From Eledone cirrhosa (lineage: Eukaryota): 64,000 nucleotides of DNA. The notes under the pieces were generated by a model. It saw nothing but the letters and a program-made list of their open reading frames with translations, was not told where the DNA came from and ran no database searches. The position numbers were made by a program, and so were the translations under genes. The stretch's first letter is position 1. Each line of letters starts with the position of its first letter. The DNA is taken from positions 18,352,001-18,416,000 of the forward strand of contig OZ024758.1 in assembly GCA_964016885.1 (NCBI GenBank), written 5' to 3'. Below are positions 14,200 through 30,361 of the stretch, one piece after another.

Positions 14200-14520
14200 A
14201 CATTTCTGAAGGAAGCGAATCGGCGCCATATTGAAATACAGCATTTCCAGGGTATTTTAAAACCTGGTGGTGTCCGATCCTCTCCAGGTTTGAACACAGC
14301 AGATTTCTTCAAGGGAAGGATAGAGAGGCTGAGCGAATGCAAATGAGTAACATATATAGGGGAAGAATCGACACCTGTATTCCATCGGTATTTTAATTTT
14401 ATTGACCTTGAACAAATGAATGGCACATTTGACCTCAGTGGGACTTGAGCTCAGAGAACCGGAATACATACTGCAATGCATTCAATCTGTCTTTCTGACG
14501 ACTCTGCCAATTCACCGCCT
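14200..14520 (-). mobile_element. Long-tailed SINE subfamily
   Basis: Ends in gactctgccaattcaccgcc (SINE head on minus strand); tail cctggtgg..cctctccagg..gatttcttc shared with the 31.7, 37.4 and 52.5 kb copies. Confidence 0.75.
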
Positions 14521-15731
14521 ATTAGTCATGTAATAATTTGATTTTATTGTTAAAAGAGTTAGTGTTTTCACTGGTACAATTGCATACACCCAATTGGTAT
14601 AAATATAAAACACACGAATTCAGTCGAAAGTATATATCCATATTTGCTATTCCCAAGCCTAATGGCGTAGATATGCCATGGCACTAATTATGTGGGAGAC
14701 AAACTTCGCATTTTGCCATATTTAAAGTAGGGAAGTGTGCAAATAAGACTACAATGTTTTGTTACACTTTCTCATATATGCATACACAGCGCATTCTTCC
14801 CTACAACTTGCTTCAGTATTTTTGGAGTAATGAGTTTATTGAGGCCAAACACTTTACATATACAAGTATGCAAATCCTTTTACTAAGCTTGAATGTTCTA
14901 TTCTGCAGTTAAAGACTGCTTCGTATGTTACATTGCATTATACAACTTCACACAGCCACTTGTTTTTACCTTACATTTTTAAAGATAAATGCTCCATTAT
15001 GAATAGAACTATGTGTGAAATTGACTCACCAAATCTGACCTGCTCTAAATAATATAACTGAAAAACGAATTAGTCTATGACGCTCGAATGGCGCAAAGAT
15101 TTATATTGCCGGAATTCTCATTTTCCAACCTGTTATTTTTTCATAAAATTTGCAATTCATATCATCATTTGAATATTAACTGAGCACATCACGCATTTAA
15201 TAGCCTACCACCCATTTGATTTATTGCCTCCTTGAAAAAAGAATTCCTCCAGAATATTCTTAATTTATTTTGAAACTTTCTCTTTTCTGTCATCAATGTA
15301 TCGTTCATTCAACGTTTATTCGTCTTTCCGTCATTTTTGTAATTTCATATAATTCATGATTTTTTTCCGGCTCATTCGCTTAATATCATTCCTCGTTTCT
15401 TTAACTTCAGCAGTCTTTAACTATGTATAAGGTTCATTTATTTACTGATATATTTAGATATGCCTAATTCATTTTTATTTTATAACGAATTTCTATTCCC
15501 ACAATAAATACTTAATACTTCTTAGCATTTCAAACATTCTTTATTTCATTTTGCTTAGATCTTCGTTAACACCTCATTGTGAAGATCTCGCTCTTACCCT
15601 TTTTTTCTTTCAATACTTTAATTTATTTGACATCTCTCACCCAGGTATTCCCCATATTTTTACACTTTTGTTTCCTATCATGTCATATATATATATATAT
15701 GACTTGCTCTATAACTTGCTATGCCTATTAC

Positions 15732-15788
<57 letters not shown>

Positions 15789-15789
15789 G

Positions 15790-15826
<37 letters not shown>

Positions 15827-15989
15827 ACATGTGTGTGTGTGTGTGTATCTATGAAGGTGGGGCTGTCGCCGTGTATTAAACTGTATATGTATATATGTAG
15901 AAAGAACCATATATCTCTCAAGAAACACATAGAATTCTCTACATATGCAGCACATAATATTTAGGAAAAAGTACATACTTTGCACATAT

Positions 15990-16182
15990 ATAATTGTTTT
16001 TACTTTTGGCACAATGCCAGCAATTACCAAGTACATTACTGGTACTTTATTTTATCGACCCTGTAATGATGAAAGGCAACGTTGACCTCGGCGGCATTTG
16101 AACTCGGAATGGAAAGGGCCGTAACTCTATGCGTCAAAGCATGACGTCCGACCCTCTACCGATACTGCCAAAATCCACTTCG
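15990..16182 (-). mobile_element. tRNA-derived SINE
   Basis: Reverse complement of the 10759 family. Confidence 0.85.
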
Positions 16183-16324
16183 CTCAGATATCTTTATATA
16201 TATAGGGGCATTGGAACTGAGGGACATGTCCCCTCCCACAATAGTTATATTCTTCTCCCCAAACTACCAAAACACATCTATTTGTATATGCTCCACAAAT
16301 TATTTACATGTTATTTAGGGACAG

Positions 16325-16830
16325 ATGGGAGAGATATATATCGACATAGAGAGGGGGAGAGTTTTGTGGTAATCGATATAGAGAGGAAGGTTGGGAGTGT
16401 GTGTTGCATACTAGATATAAAAAGGGGAAGACTTTGATGTTTATTGATATAGAGAGAAGAATTTGAAGAGAGATTCGTGTTGTAGATATACAGAGGGGGA
16501 AGGTTTGGTAGTGAGGGATATAGTGAATTGTTATGAGAAAGAATGTGTAAAGTAGATACAGAGAGGGGGATAGTTTGGTGGTAATTGATATAGAGAGGAG
16601 CGTTGGGAGAGTGGGTTGTGTATTAGATATAGAGAGGGTGGATATTAATGGAAAAGAGTTGTGTAGCAGATATAGAGAGGGGGAGAGATTGGTGTAAATT
16701 GATATGGAAAGGGGGACTGGTAGAGAGTTGTTGTAGTGTATATAGACGGGGTGGGAGTTTGGTTTTCATTGATATAGAGGGGGGTATTGGAAGAGTGTAC
16801 CGTGTAGTATATATAGAAAGGGGAGAAATA
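16325..16830 (+). repeat. Degenerate purine-rich minisatellite (gatatagagagggg every about 30-40 nt)
   Basis: Repeated gatatagagagg / gatatacagagggg motifs. Confidence 0.75.
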
Positions 16831-17201
16831 CAATGTGTACCTATGTCTGAATAAATATACCTATATATTATGTGTTCTATGTCGCTCTCGGTTTCTCCCT
16901 CTCTCTCGCAGACACTGTCACTCACTTTCTCCTTGCCTTCTCTCCGTGCTTCTTTGTAGAGGCTAGAATATTGCCATCATCTAGAAGATCTTGTGCCACA
17001 ATATTTCATTCTAAAGTCCCTTAATCCAATAGCTACACCTATACAAATGAAGACGCGAAATATCTGAATTATGCTTCATTTGAAACCCTAAATCTTTACC
17101 TTTGTCAGTCTATCAATTTGTTGGTTTGTAAAAATTAAAAGCTGCAATATGTTTATATGGTCGGGTAGATGAGTGTATTTTCGTGCGAATGTCTCACTCT
17201 C

Positions 17202-17271
<70 letters not shown>

Positions 17272-17958
17272 ATGTATGTGTATGTGTGTACACATGGACT
17301 AGAGTATGTATGTACATATGTGTGTGTCTATACGTGTGTATATAAAGATAAGTTCAGTATGAAAATGTATACACATGAGCGCGTATGTATGTACATGAAT
17401 ACATGTGTGTATATATATGTGTATGCATGTGTATATATATGTAAGTATGAATATGTGAATTGTGAGTATATGTATTTTGTAGAGGTGTGCAAATATATTT
17501 GTGTGTGAATGCGTGGGTGAAAGGATACGTACACTTGAAAGAAAAATTTAAGTCTGAATGTTAATTAAGTGCAAACACAAAACCAACCACGCATATCTTT
17601 ACTATCTCTAATCCTTCTATAGATTTAGAAAAACAACCAATAATATATTCTATAAAAAATGTCAAAACAACAGATGGGAATCTAATTACTCACTGCCACC
17701 AAGAATTCTCACTGCTATCGAAAAACCACTCCTTCAACTATTCTTCTAACAACTTCACCCCTCCCTCCTAATATTCTCTATAAAAACTAAATAGGTCCTC
17801 AGTAATATTATTCTGATGAAATGACAGTAAATAATAACATTGAAATATTGAATGTCTGCATAACTAAAAGTTTGTAGATAGCAGCTGTTTTAGGTTATGT
17901 AACTGTTATAGAAACACGTGTCAATAAATTCCTTTCAACTAAACTGTATCCATTCAAA

Positions 17959-18037
<79 letters not shown>

Positions 18038-18088
18038 ATCACTGCACACGGGATTTTACACATCTCTCTCTCACCCTCCGTCTCTCTG

Positions 18089-18121
<33 letters not shown>

Positions 18122-18410
18122 CAACACCCCCACGCACATACACGCACACACACGCCCCCCCCATATATATATATATATATATCACAGAAAAAAAAGAATC
18201 AGTTTTGCGAGGAATGGAATTTATTGGACATATTACAATCGTTTCTCTGACGACCAGCTCGAGACACGTCGGTGTGATGATCGAACCTGACTCTGAAAAT
18301 GTTTTCTGTGATATCATACTCTGCTCTATGAGAGCATCGAGTGCTCAAATGACCTACCGCATACGCATACGGAAGCTTTAAGCATCCAACACAAATTATA
18401 TATATACATA

Positions 18411-18821
<411 letters not shown>

Positions 18822-19186
18822 TATGTGTGAGTGTATATATTAAATGAAAAATATAACCCAACGCCTGGATTACGACACCATTTTAGAGTTGAGAAATATT
18901 TATTTACACAAAAAATAGATTAGTAGCCAAGCGCTATAAGCCATTGAAGGCAACTTATAAATGTACCTATTTAATCATTTAATTACACGCTCCCGTAGCA
19001 GTAAAAAATAAGACAAGTTAACTGTTAAATACTATTGTTTGAAAGTTATATTAATATCCACTACAATGCAACAAAACTCTTATAAAATACTGAAGAGTTA
19101 TTGAAATTGGTTGGCACATCAGTATGTCAAGTCGATGGTTATATAATTATAAATATAAATTTCTATATCAGTCGTCATTCAGTAAA

Positions 19187-19285
<99 letters not shown>

Positions 19286-19306
19286 ATGTATGTACATAAA
19301 TATATG

Positions 19307-19356
<50 letters not shown>

Positions 19357-19367
19357 CATAAAATATG

Positions 19368-19420
<53 letters not shown>

Positions 19421-19433
19421 GTGTGTGTGTATA

Positions 19434-19556
<123 letters not shown>

Positions 19557-19759
19557 GAGTATATATATATATATATATAAATATAATTTGACTCTAGGAA
19601 TGGATTAAAAATAAATCGTCTATTTAACCCAATCTTTATGAAATGTCTTGGAGACAAATTTTAAAACTGATTGTATCCGAAAATATAATACGTTGATATT
19701 AAATGTTCACTTATTTCTTTGTATCAGTGTATGTATATGTGCATGTCTTTTGTATGTAC

Positions 19760-19790
<31 letters not shown>

Positions 19791-20051
19791 TCAGAGAGTG
19801 TAACGTGAATTGTAGGTTCACACATGAGAGAACAATATGTTCAGGTTGACGTTAGTGGCGACGTGTCTGCAAAAAAATTCCTCATAACTAAACCACCAAT
19901 CAAAACAACATAAATCGCCCACCAATAAATTGGAGTGAACGTATCTGGTGCGTGTGTTTCTTATTGGCAACATGACCCTCTAAAAGAATAACAATATCGG
20001 TTTCAACACACGTTTTCAGATAAAGAATCTTGGTAAACAAATTCAGAAAAG

Positions 20052-20141
<90 letters not shown>

Positions 20142-20287
20142 TAAATCATGTCCTTAGAATTATCAGATAAAATATATATTATTTCCTCTTCTAATTAGCA
20201 TAATTAACCATATAAAAAATCAATTAGACCAAGCTATAAGAAGAAAGGCTCTTATGGAGAAATATATATATATATATATGTCAACAA

Positions 20288-20321
<34 letters not shown>

Positions 20322-21027
20322 GTAAATGAAAGGTATAGCAATTATCATGAGCAAGAAGCACGCAGTATTTCATAATATATAAGTGACTATAGCGTCAACA
20401 TGGGAAAATAGTTAACGTAAGATTTGGGAAAAATAATTCAAACTCAATTCAAAAAGATCAGGATAAAGATTCATCCAACAGAATTTAGTGAAATTCAGAG
20501 AAAAATCAATTGAGCCTTAACTCATGATAAAATAAAATTTAAAATAATCATCCTTCCATTTGGAAAAACTACATATGCTCTGTATAGTCTTGAAAACACT
20601 ATTTCACAAAACGTTCAGTGGGGATGGTCACGGTTGCATCCGATCATCAGCAGAGCTCAACACGATAACCAAAATCTCAATATATATGTATGTATGTATG
20701 TGTGTGTGTGTTTGTATGTGTGTGCGTGCGCCTGTGTGTGTGCGTACTTGTTATGACTTAATTGCTATAAATTAATGTGTTGTGTCTCATCTCAGCGTTT
20801 GACTTGTGTCCGCCATTTAAACCCGGGGTGAAAATGCAGTACCATTGGTAACTGTGGAAATTTGTTTTTTTTCGTTTTGTCTTATCTTGGATTGTTGTCT
20901 TGATCTCGCTGTCTGTGTTCAAACTCCAACAGCAAACACATATTTGCTTTACATACTGTCGAAGTCGATAGAATATCAGTCTTTCTCTGATGTCGATTTT
21001 GCTTATACCTCCCTCGCTTTCTCAGCC

Positions 21028-21093
<66 letters not shown>

Positions 21094-21274
21094 GCTCTCT
21101 TTCTCACTCTCTCTCTCTCTCTCTCTCTCTTTCTTACGCACACACACACATTGTATATGTATGTATATATATATTTTATATGTATGTATATATATATATA
21201 CATGCATATATATATATATATACATATATAAATATATAAATATATATACTTGCATATATATATACATACATATA

Positions 21275-21351
<77 letters not shown>

Positions 21352-21356
21352 ATGCA

Positions 21357-21402
<46 letters not shown>

Positions 21403-21476
21403 TTCATATATATATATTTATATACATATATATATATATATATATACATTCATATATATATATTTATATATATATA

Positions 21477-21539
<63 letters not shown>

Positions 21540-21566
21540 TTATACATATATATATATATATGTACA

Positions 21567-21626
<60 letters not shown>

Positions 21627-21642
21627 TATATATATATATACG

Positions 21643-21679
<37 letters not shown>

Positions 21680-21684
21680 GCATA

Positions 21685-21756
<72 letters not shown>

Positions 21757-22248
21757 GCATGCATACATACATATACATACATTCATATCTACATACATAC
21801 GCATACGTACCTTCATACATACACATACTTACATGTATATTTACATACATACATACCTACATATGAATATATATGTGCGCCTGAGTGTAAGTATGTTTGA
21901 GTATTAATCTGCAACCTATATAGAACGTCCATTCATTTTACACGTATGTGGTCAATAACATTTTATGGGGTAGAAACATGGAACATTACAAAATACGAAA
22001 TGGCTAAATGAAGGACAGCTCCATTTGCTCGCGAATTCATCGTGCTTGAATTGCCGTGAAAAAGCTATAAATCATCAAAATGGATCACAAAACCGAATAA
22101 TATAATATCACATGCAGCACTTTATAAAACCGTACGAAAATATATTGTACTGGACACACGTGTATCGGTGGGGTGTCGCAGCTATGGTGTTTGAATCATG
22201 GTAGTACAATCATATGTTCAGTTCCTGACTGGATGTTGTGACAGTCAA

Positions 22249-22512
22249 CCCTTTAGCATTTAAACCAGCCATATCCGGCCAGATTTCTCTGTCCTCTTTC
22301 TGTTATAACTGGTTATAACCCTCCATTCATACTTATGTTAATGTATATCGAAACTGCATAGATAACATATTATAACCGTTCACTCATACTGATGTTAAGG
22401 TATTGTTATAAAAAAAATAATATCAAAATCACATAGATAAAATATTATGTGAGTTAAAGCCTTTATCGTGGAAATACGATAGTATATGTAGAATAATGTA
22501 CATGATAAAGGT
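22249..22512. mobile_element. piggyBac-like MITE (diverged)
   Basis: TCAA|CCCTTTAGCATT ... AAAGGT|TTAA; homologous to 31344-31545. Confidence 0.65.
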
Positions 22513-23026
22513 TTAAGAATTTATTTTATTTCGTGTTACACTAGTCCAGTCCCACTGGGTAAAAGGAATTGTATCTGAACGTCATATCCGTCTATGGTTA
22601 TAAACTTGTGACACACTCAGTAACATTAAATCTGCATAGTAATTGGGGTAAGTGTAGAACTGTCTAGGGAACATTCATCATTTGCAAGTTTAATTCACGC
22701 GGGTGCTGTTGTGAGAGTTGTTCCTTTACACAAATAAATTTAACTGTCCTTATCAAAACCGACGTAATTATAGTAAAGCCTTTAGATACGGGGAAAAGGG
22801 CAGAAGATAAATCTGACAGAATGGACTCCAAAAATTTGCCAAATAAGTAAACTAAGATAAATACGTGACTTGCCTATATGTAATCATTAGTGATGATAGG
22901 GTTCATAGAGTCAATAGCAGGATAGACAATGTAAGGCAGAAAGAAAGCAATCCCAGATTTCAGGATGAACGGATATGATACTTGAACTTATGAGTAATCA
23001 CAAAATACTGATTATTTATGCGAGCG

Positions 23027-23137
<111 letters not shown>

Positions 23138-23517
23138 TTTGTAAAACATTGCGGTTGTATAGTGTGTTCGAGGAAAAGGCAAATAAGCATGAAAAGGAGA
23201 TCATATGAAATAAATAAAATAGAAAAAGTATAGCAGCAAGGGAGAAGGAAAGAGTTGCGTCACTTCATGTCTATTATATAAACCTTTATCTTCTTTATTG
23301 ATTACCTAACATTTCATTGAACAGCAGGCAACTGCAATAAATACAAAGCCTAAACTACGAGCCATATTGATGAGACACACACACACACACACATATATCT
23401 ATATCTATATATATATATATATATATATATATAGATATAGACATATATAAATATATGTATAAATATATATATATATATAGAGATATAGAGATATATATAA
23501 ATATATATATATATATT

Positions 23518-23790
<273 letters not shown>

Positions 23791-23811
23791 TGTTTACATT
23801 TATAATTTGCT

Positions 23812-23880
<69 letters not shown>

Positions 23881-23932
23881 ACACACACACACACATATAT
23901 ATATATGTATATATAAATGGAATAGAATGAAA

Positions 23933-24548
23933 CGTATACTTTCCTGACAGATGGTTGAACGTCTGAAAGTATATACTTTCCTTATGCATATTAAAGGCTG
24001 AGCAGCCTAATTTGCATATCGAGTGAGTTCAGTCGGCTGGGCACACCGAAAACGATAAATGGAATATAATGAAACGAAATTTCATTTCTCACTCTTAGAC
24101 GGCATTTAGTTAAATGTAAGTATGTACGTATGTATACGTACATACATATATGTATACATATATGTATATACGTATACATACATACATACTTACATTTAAG
24201 TAAGTGCCGTTCTAAGAGTGAGAAATGAAATTTCGTTTCATTATATTCCATTTATCGTTTTCGGTGTGCCCAGCCGACTGAACTCACTCGATATGCAAAT
24301 TAGGCTGCTCAGTCGTTAATATGCATAAGGAAAGTATATACTTTCAGACGTTCAACCATTTGGCAGGAAGGTATACGATGCTGACGATAGCTAATAGGCT
24401 TGAAACTAGTTCATCGTTGCTGTGTCAGTGTTGAACAAAAAAGGTGACGTGGTTTACTAAACACTGTACGGCATAATTCGGGCTGTTTGTTTGTTTACAA
24501 ACAAACAAAGCGAACATTATAATAAATGTTCGGTAAACCGATACGTGC
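23933..24548. mobile_element. Long inverted repeat (arms 23933-24125 / 24186-24377); right arm continues into an HHR; diverged homologue of the 465-bp unit
   Basis: About 190-bp near-perfect inverted arms around a TA/TG spacer; blocks shared with the unit: aatttcgtttc, tatgcaaattag, gaaactagttca, tgtttaca. Confidence 0.85.
24375..24417 (+). ncRNA. Minimal type I hammerhead ribozyme
   Basis: acgatg-CTGACGA-t-agc(taatag)gct-t-GAAA-CTAG-TT-catcgt. Confidence 0.8.
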
Positions 24549-24647
24549 ATATATATATATATATATATATATGTGTGCATGTATGTATATATATACATAC
24601 TACTGTACAGCTGTATACATACATGTATGTACGTATACATACATACT

Positions 24648-24707
<60 letters not shown>

Positions 24708-24823
24708 GTTCAAGAGTGAACCAATCTTATTCCTTACATTCCTTATATGAAACTACAATTATGTTGACAATCTTTAAATAATGTTTTCCTTGTGAAATTT
24801 GTGTTCTTGGTCTGCTTAACTAA

Positions 24824-24886
<63 letters not shown>

Positions 24887-24890
<4 letters not shown>

Positions 24891-25083
24891 CAAAGGAATT
24901 GTGGTAAGGTACCAGATGGACGATAACACACTAGAATACTCAATACTTAGGGTAGTAGAGTGGGACATAGGAAAAAGTATGACCCCAACGGCAGAGCTCA
25001 ATCCGTTTCGACGGCTATTTCTGGAAATAGTACAGAAATACCTGTCGAAACGGCTTGAACTCTGCCGTCGTGGTCATACTTTT

Positions 25084-25087
<4 letters not shown>
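24887..25087. mobile_element. Family B foldback repeat in (TA)n
   Basis: Arms taggaaaaagtatgacc.. / ..ggtcatacttttccta; gtcGAAAcggc..gccGTC. Confidence 0.85.
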
Positions 25088-25154
<67 letters not shown>

Positions 25155-25218
25155 GATATAGTTATAGATATAAATATATATATGTATACATATATATATA
25201 TATAATATATATATATAT

Positions 25219-25258
<40 letters not shown>

Positions 25259-25426
25259 GATTAGATAACCTGCCCACCAAAACCTGCGGAAAAACAGTAT
25301 CTCCCATCATGCTGCTAGGTTTGGGAAAATAGTTACATTTTCTATCTCAATCAGGGTTCATCACTCAAGTCTAACTTCATGTGCCTATGAACACACACAC
25401 ATGAACACAGACACATATACAAACAA

Positions 25427-25519
<93 letters not shown>

Positions 25520-25750
25520 AAAATAGGGAGAGAAAGGCGATTACTAGGAAGAAAAAAAGATATATGCATGTATTTAAGGTTCCGTTGAAAAGTGAAGAAG
25601 ACAGAGGGAAGAAGAGTGCTCTATGTAAGATACAGAGCTAAATATTTTATGTATAATAAACAATACAGTATAATTATCTCGTTACCAGTCGAATACTAGA
25701 CGAATATAAAACGGTAATGAGGTAATTATACGGTATTGTTTATTACACTT

Positions 25751-25941
<191 letters not shown>

Positions 25942-26022
25942 CTAGAAATGGCGCACACCGTTAAGGCGTGACACCCACCACAATTTCGATTTAGATTGAA
26001 TTCATTTAATTTATCTTAATTT

Positions 26023-26078
<56 letters not shown>

Positions 26079-26542
26079 TGTGTGTGTGCGTATGTGTTTG
26101 TATATATATTTATCCCATTGATGTTATTTATTTCAATGAAATTAGGATTTTTATTAAAATCATCTTTGATATTGAAAGGTGTTCAATTTTCGTGTATCAT
26201 TCAGATTATAAACACTTAAGTTTGTGATGTCAATTTGTTTTTTATCTTTCTCACTTTCGCCACATGCTTTGAAATATCAAAGTTAAAGAATAGATATTTT
26301 AGGTCAGAAGGTGTCACTGAAATGTAAAAGAAAACACCTTAACTAAATATCATATGATCTTGAAATACCAAATGTATCACCATAATGCCAACAACCAAAC
26401 ATATTGAATATAATACTACTAATATATGAGAAAAAAAGCAGCAGAAATTGCAAACACTTTAAAATAAGTTATATATACATATATATATTTTTGATGGAAT
26501 GAGTGGTCTCATACTTTTGGATATTTCTACCAATCATATACT

Positions 26543-26620
<78 letters not shown>

Positions 26621-27090
26621 TATATATCAGGTGTGCGATACAATTGTGGCGACAGGAAAAGTAAATCATAAATACAAATAAGATTATACATAAAATACAC
26701 ATAGCAAACTTCCTTTAAATGAAGTTTTAAGTTGTTAATGTCAGTTTAATTAAAAGTCAATCCGTTGTTTATAGGAAAATTACTTGTCATTTATAACAGC
26801 AAGTCTGAACTTTCAGATGGAAGCAACAACTTGTTAGTTTTGAAGGTGGAAACATCTGCAGTGATGGTGCGATATTCTAGTCATGAAAACTAAGCAACAA
26901 AACTAGAATAAAATAAGATGAGGCTTCAAGAACATTAATAACGAGCGAAAAGAAAAAAGGAAGACAGCCATTAAAATTGACAGCAACATAAATGATATTT
27001 ATGAGAAGGCGATAATAAAAGAGAGCAAAAGTTTTATCAATGCTCACCGCATAGACACAAACATACACACATGTATATATTTATGTTTTG

Positions 27091-27164
<74 letters not shown>

Positions 27165-27245
27165 TACGAACCTGTATATTTTCAGAAAAATATAAATAAA
27201 TAAATAAATAAATAATAAACAAATATATATATATATATATATGTG

Positions 27246-27342
<97 letters not shown>

Positions 27343-27427
27343 GTGTGTGCGTGTGTGTGCGCGTGTATATGTTGCTGACTATCTGCGTATCATAGTGCGT
27401 ATGCGTTCGTATGAGTACATACGTAAA

Positions 27428-27477
<50 letters not shown>

Positions 27478-27860
27478 GTATACTCCAGTCCTACAAACTG
27501 TAGAGTGCTTCTTATCCGATATCTGCATTGCTTTATTGTACTACAATAAAACTCACCTCCTACATTATATACATATATATATATATTTATTAAAATAACA
27601 GGTTACATTTTAACCAAAAATCGCTGCTTTCAGCCATCGTAACGGCTTGAGCTCTGCCGTCGGGGTCATACTTTCTCCTATATATATATATATATATATA
27701 AAGATATGAATATATGTATATATATAATTATAATAAATGTAATCTGAGTTTTTCGAACATTAATAATAACATTCGATTCAAATTGCAATTATGCAAACAA
27801 CCCTCAATTTTATAGCCATGTCAGTAGAATGAACCCTTCTTTCTTGCTCTTGTGTTTGCA

Positions 27861-27928
27861 TGTGAACAGAACTGCAGACACTATTTTTTCTGGGTATCAC
27901 CCTTCATCAGTACAGCTCATTGTTCACA
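27861..27928 (-). ncRNA. Type I hammerhead motif with extended stem I
   Basis: Minus strand: tgtgaaca-at-gagctgta-CTGATGA-a-gggt(gat)accc-a-GAAA-aaatagt-GTC-tgcagttc-tgttcaca; stem III mismatched. Confidence 0.75.
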
Positions 27929-28017
27929 AGCCAAACTGGCAGAGCTAATGAAAATGAATGCTATTTTCAAAAATACATATTGTATTCAGCCATGTAGAGC
28001 GAAACTTTCTTTTCTTT

Positions 28018-28071
<54 letters not shown>

Positions 28072-28655
28072 TGTGTGTGTGTATGTGTGTCTGTGTATGT
28101 CTGTAAAGATTGCCTCCTGTGTTTTGGTACTTTTATTTTATTTTTATATTTTGTTATTGCCTCCTCCTTATTGAGGACGCCTTGTTTTGTAAACTCCCCC
28201 CATTATACTTGTCCCACTTTTGATGCCCTGGTGGCAAATAAAAGAAACATTTATCAACTAATATATATATATATTTGTATGGATATATATTTTTATAATT
28301 GTGTGTGTGCGTGTTTGTGTGTGTGTGTATAAATATATGTATATGTGTGTGTATATATATATATATATATATGAGAGTATTGAAGTTTGCTTGAAGCATT
28401 GTGGAATAATATATATATGGGGTTATATTTGCATAAAGGTATTCAGTGCCATATATTATGTATGTGTGTGTTCACACATTGACTTATGTATAATTACAAA
28501 GTTAGGAGTAAATAAAATATATGAATATCATTTTTTTTTAATAAATCCAACAAAACTGACTTGCAAACTGAAGTTCAAAGTTTCTTTCAATTATGATATA
28601 CAATTATATACAAATATATACACATAAATACAAATATATACATGCACACACACAG

Positions 28656-28700
<45 letters not shown>

Positions 28701-29494
28701 ATTGGAATTATATATGTATATCATTTAGTTAAAGTAGTGACTAGGCAAAGCAAACTCTACAAATACTACAAATAATTACAGCTTCCTTTTTAGTATTGAA
28801 TAAAATTGGAATAAACTTCATGAAAAAACGAAATGTGAATTTAAAATTGTTTCATACTAAAAAATAAAAATCAGTAAATATTATTTTAGTTCCCCGCACT
28901 ACGTGTAGTGATGCTACATAAAAGATTTGATCGATTTCCCATAACATGACCTCTTCTAATCAACAAAAATAGGCGAAATGTAATATGATCATAGGCCACC
29001 GACACTAAATACACATAGCACATGTGCTTAAATGCAGACATACATACACACATATGCTAGATCATAAAACACTCTTCGTCACATTGGTCCAGACTTTAAA
29101 ATTGTTTTTGTTTATTCCATTACTGATTTCTTTCTTTCTTGTGTTCGTTATATTATGAAGAGCCATGTTGATTTTGTCAACATATACGTGCGTGTTACTG
29201 TTTTATTTTCATAGTGAGAGTTATACTCTTCTCTTTTATTTGCTTGTCTGCATGTGTGATGTTCGCAGGTTTATTATCTGTGCATATATTAATAGATGTA
29301 TATGTACGTCAGTTGTAGTCTGAGTCATTAGAACGTCCAATTTAACATTTTGGAGTCATTTTTCTAACTCTCTGCAATCTGATGAAAAAACTACATGCCT
29401 TTCATCAATTCAATCTCGATATTACATAGTATAGTTCAATATTTTGCTAATTATTCCACTCTCTAACTCGCTTTCTCTAACTATCTTTCTCTCT

Positions 29495-29812
<318 letters not shown>

Positions 29813-29854
29813 TATATATATATAAATTCTGGCAATATAACCCACCTCAAGTAT

Positions 29855-29941
<87 letters not shown>

Positions 29942-30327
29942 TATACACACCCACTCCCACTCACACACACACACACACACCCACACACACACACAAAAAC
30001 AAAACATATATATATATAATAGAATAAAGAGGGGCTGTGTGGTAGCTGGATGAAGTGTATTTATAAATAAGAAGAAAGCATGAACTGGGTATAAAATCCT
30101 TTCATCAGTTGTCTGCTGGAGATCATGGACATTTCTATTTCTACGCATTATAGACAATATGTCTAGCTCCAGTGCGTCAAAACTAAAGGAAGTTATTCGG
30201 TGATAAAAGGAGTGAGAGAAGGTAAGAGAGAAAGTTTGTGTGTGTGTGTGTGCATGTATACAAATACACATGCGCACACGTGTAACCACACACACGCACA
30301 CACACTTTCTCTCTCTCGCACGCACCC

Positions 30328-30361
<34 letters not shown>

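Noticed and set aside
15080-15560. A-rich minus-strand tract resembling a decayed LINE ORF (also 8340-8700)
   Set aside because: No diagnostic motif recoverable by eye
18247-18270. CTGACGA..GAGACACGTC hammerhead-like string
   Set aside because: No stem I or II pairing, and GAGA instead of GAAA
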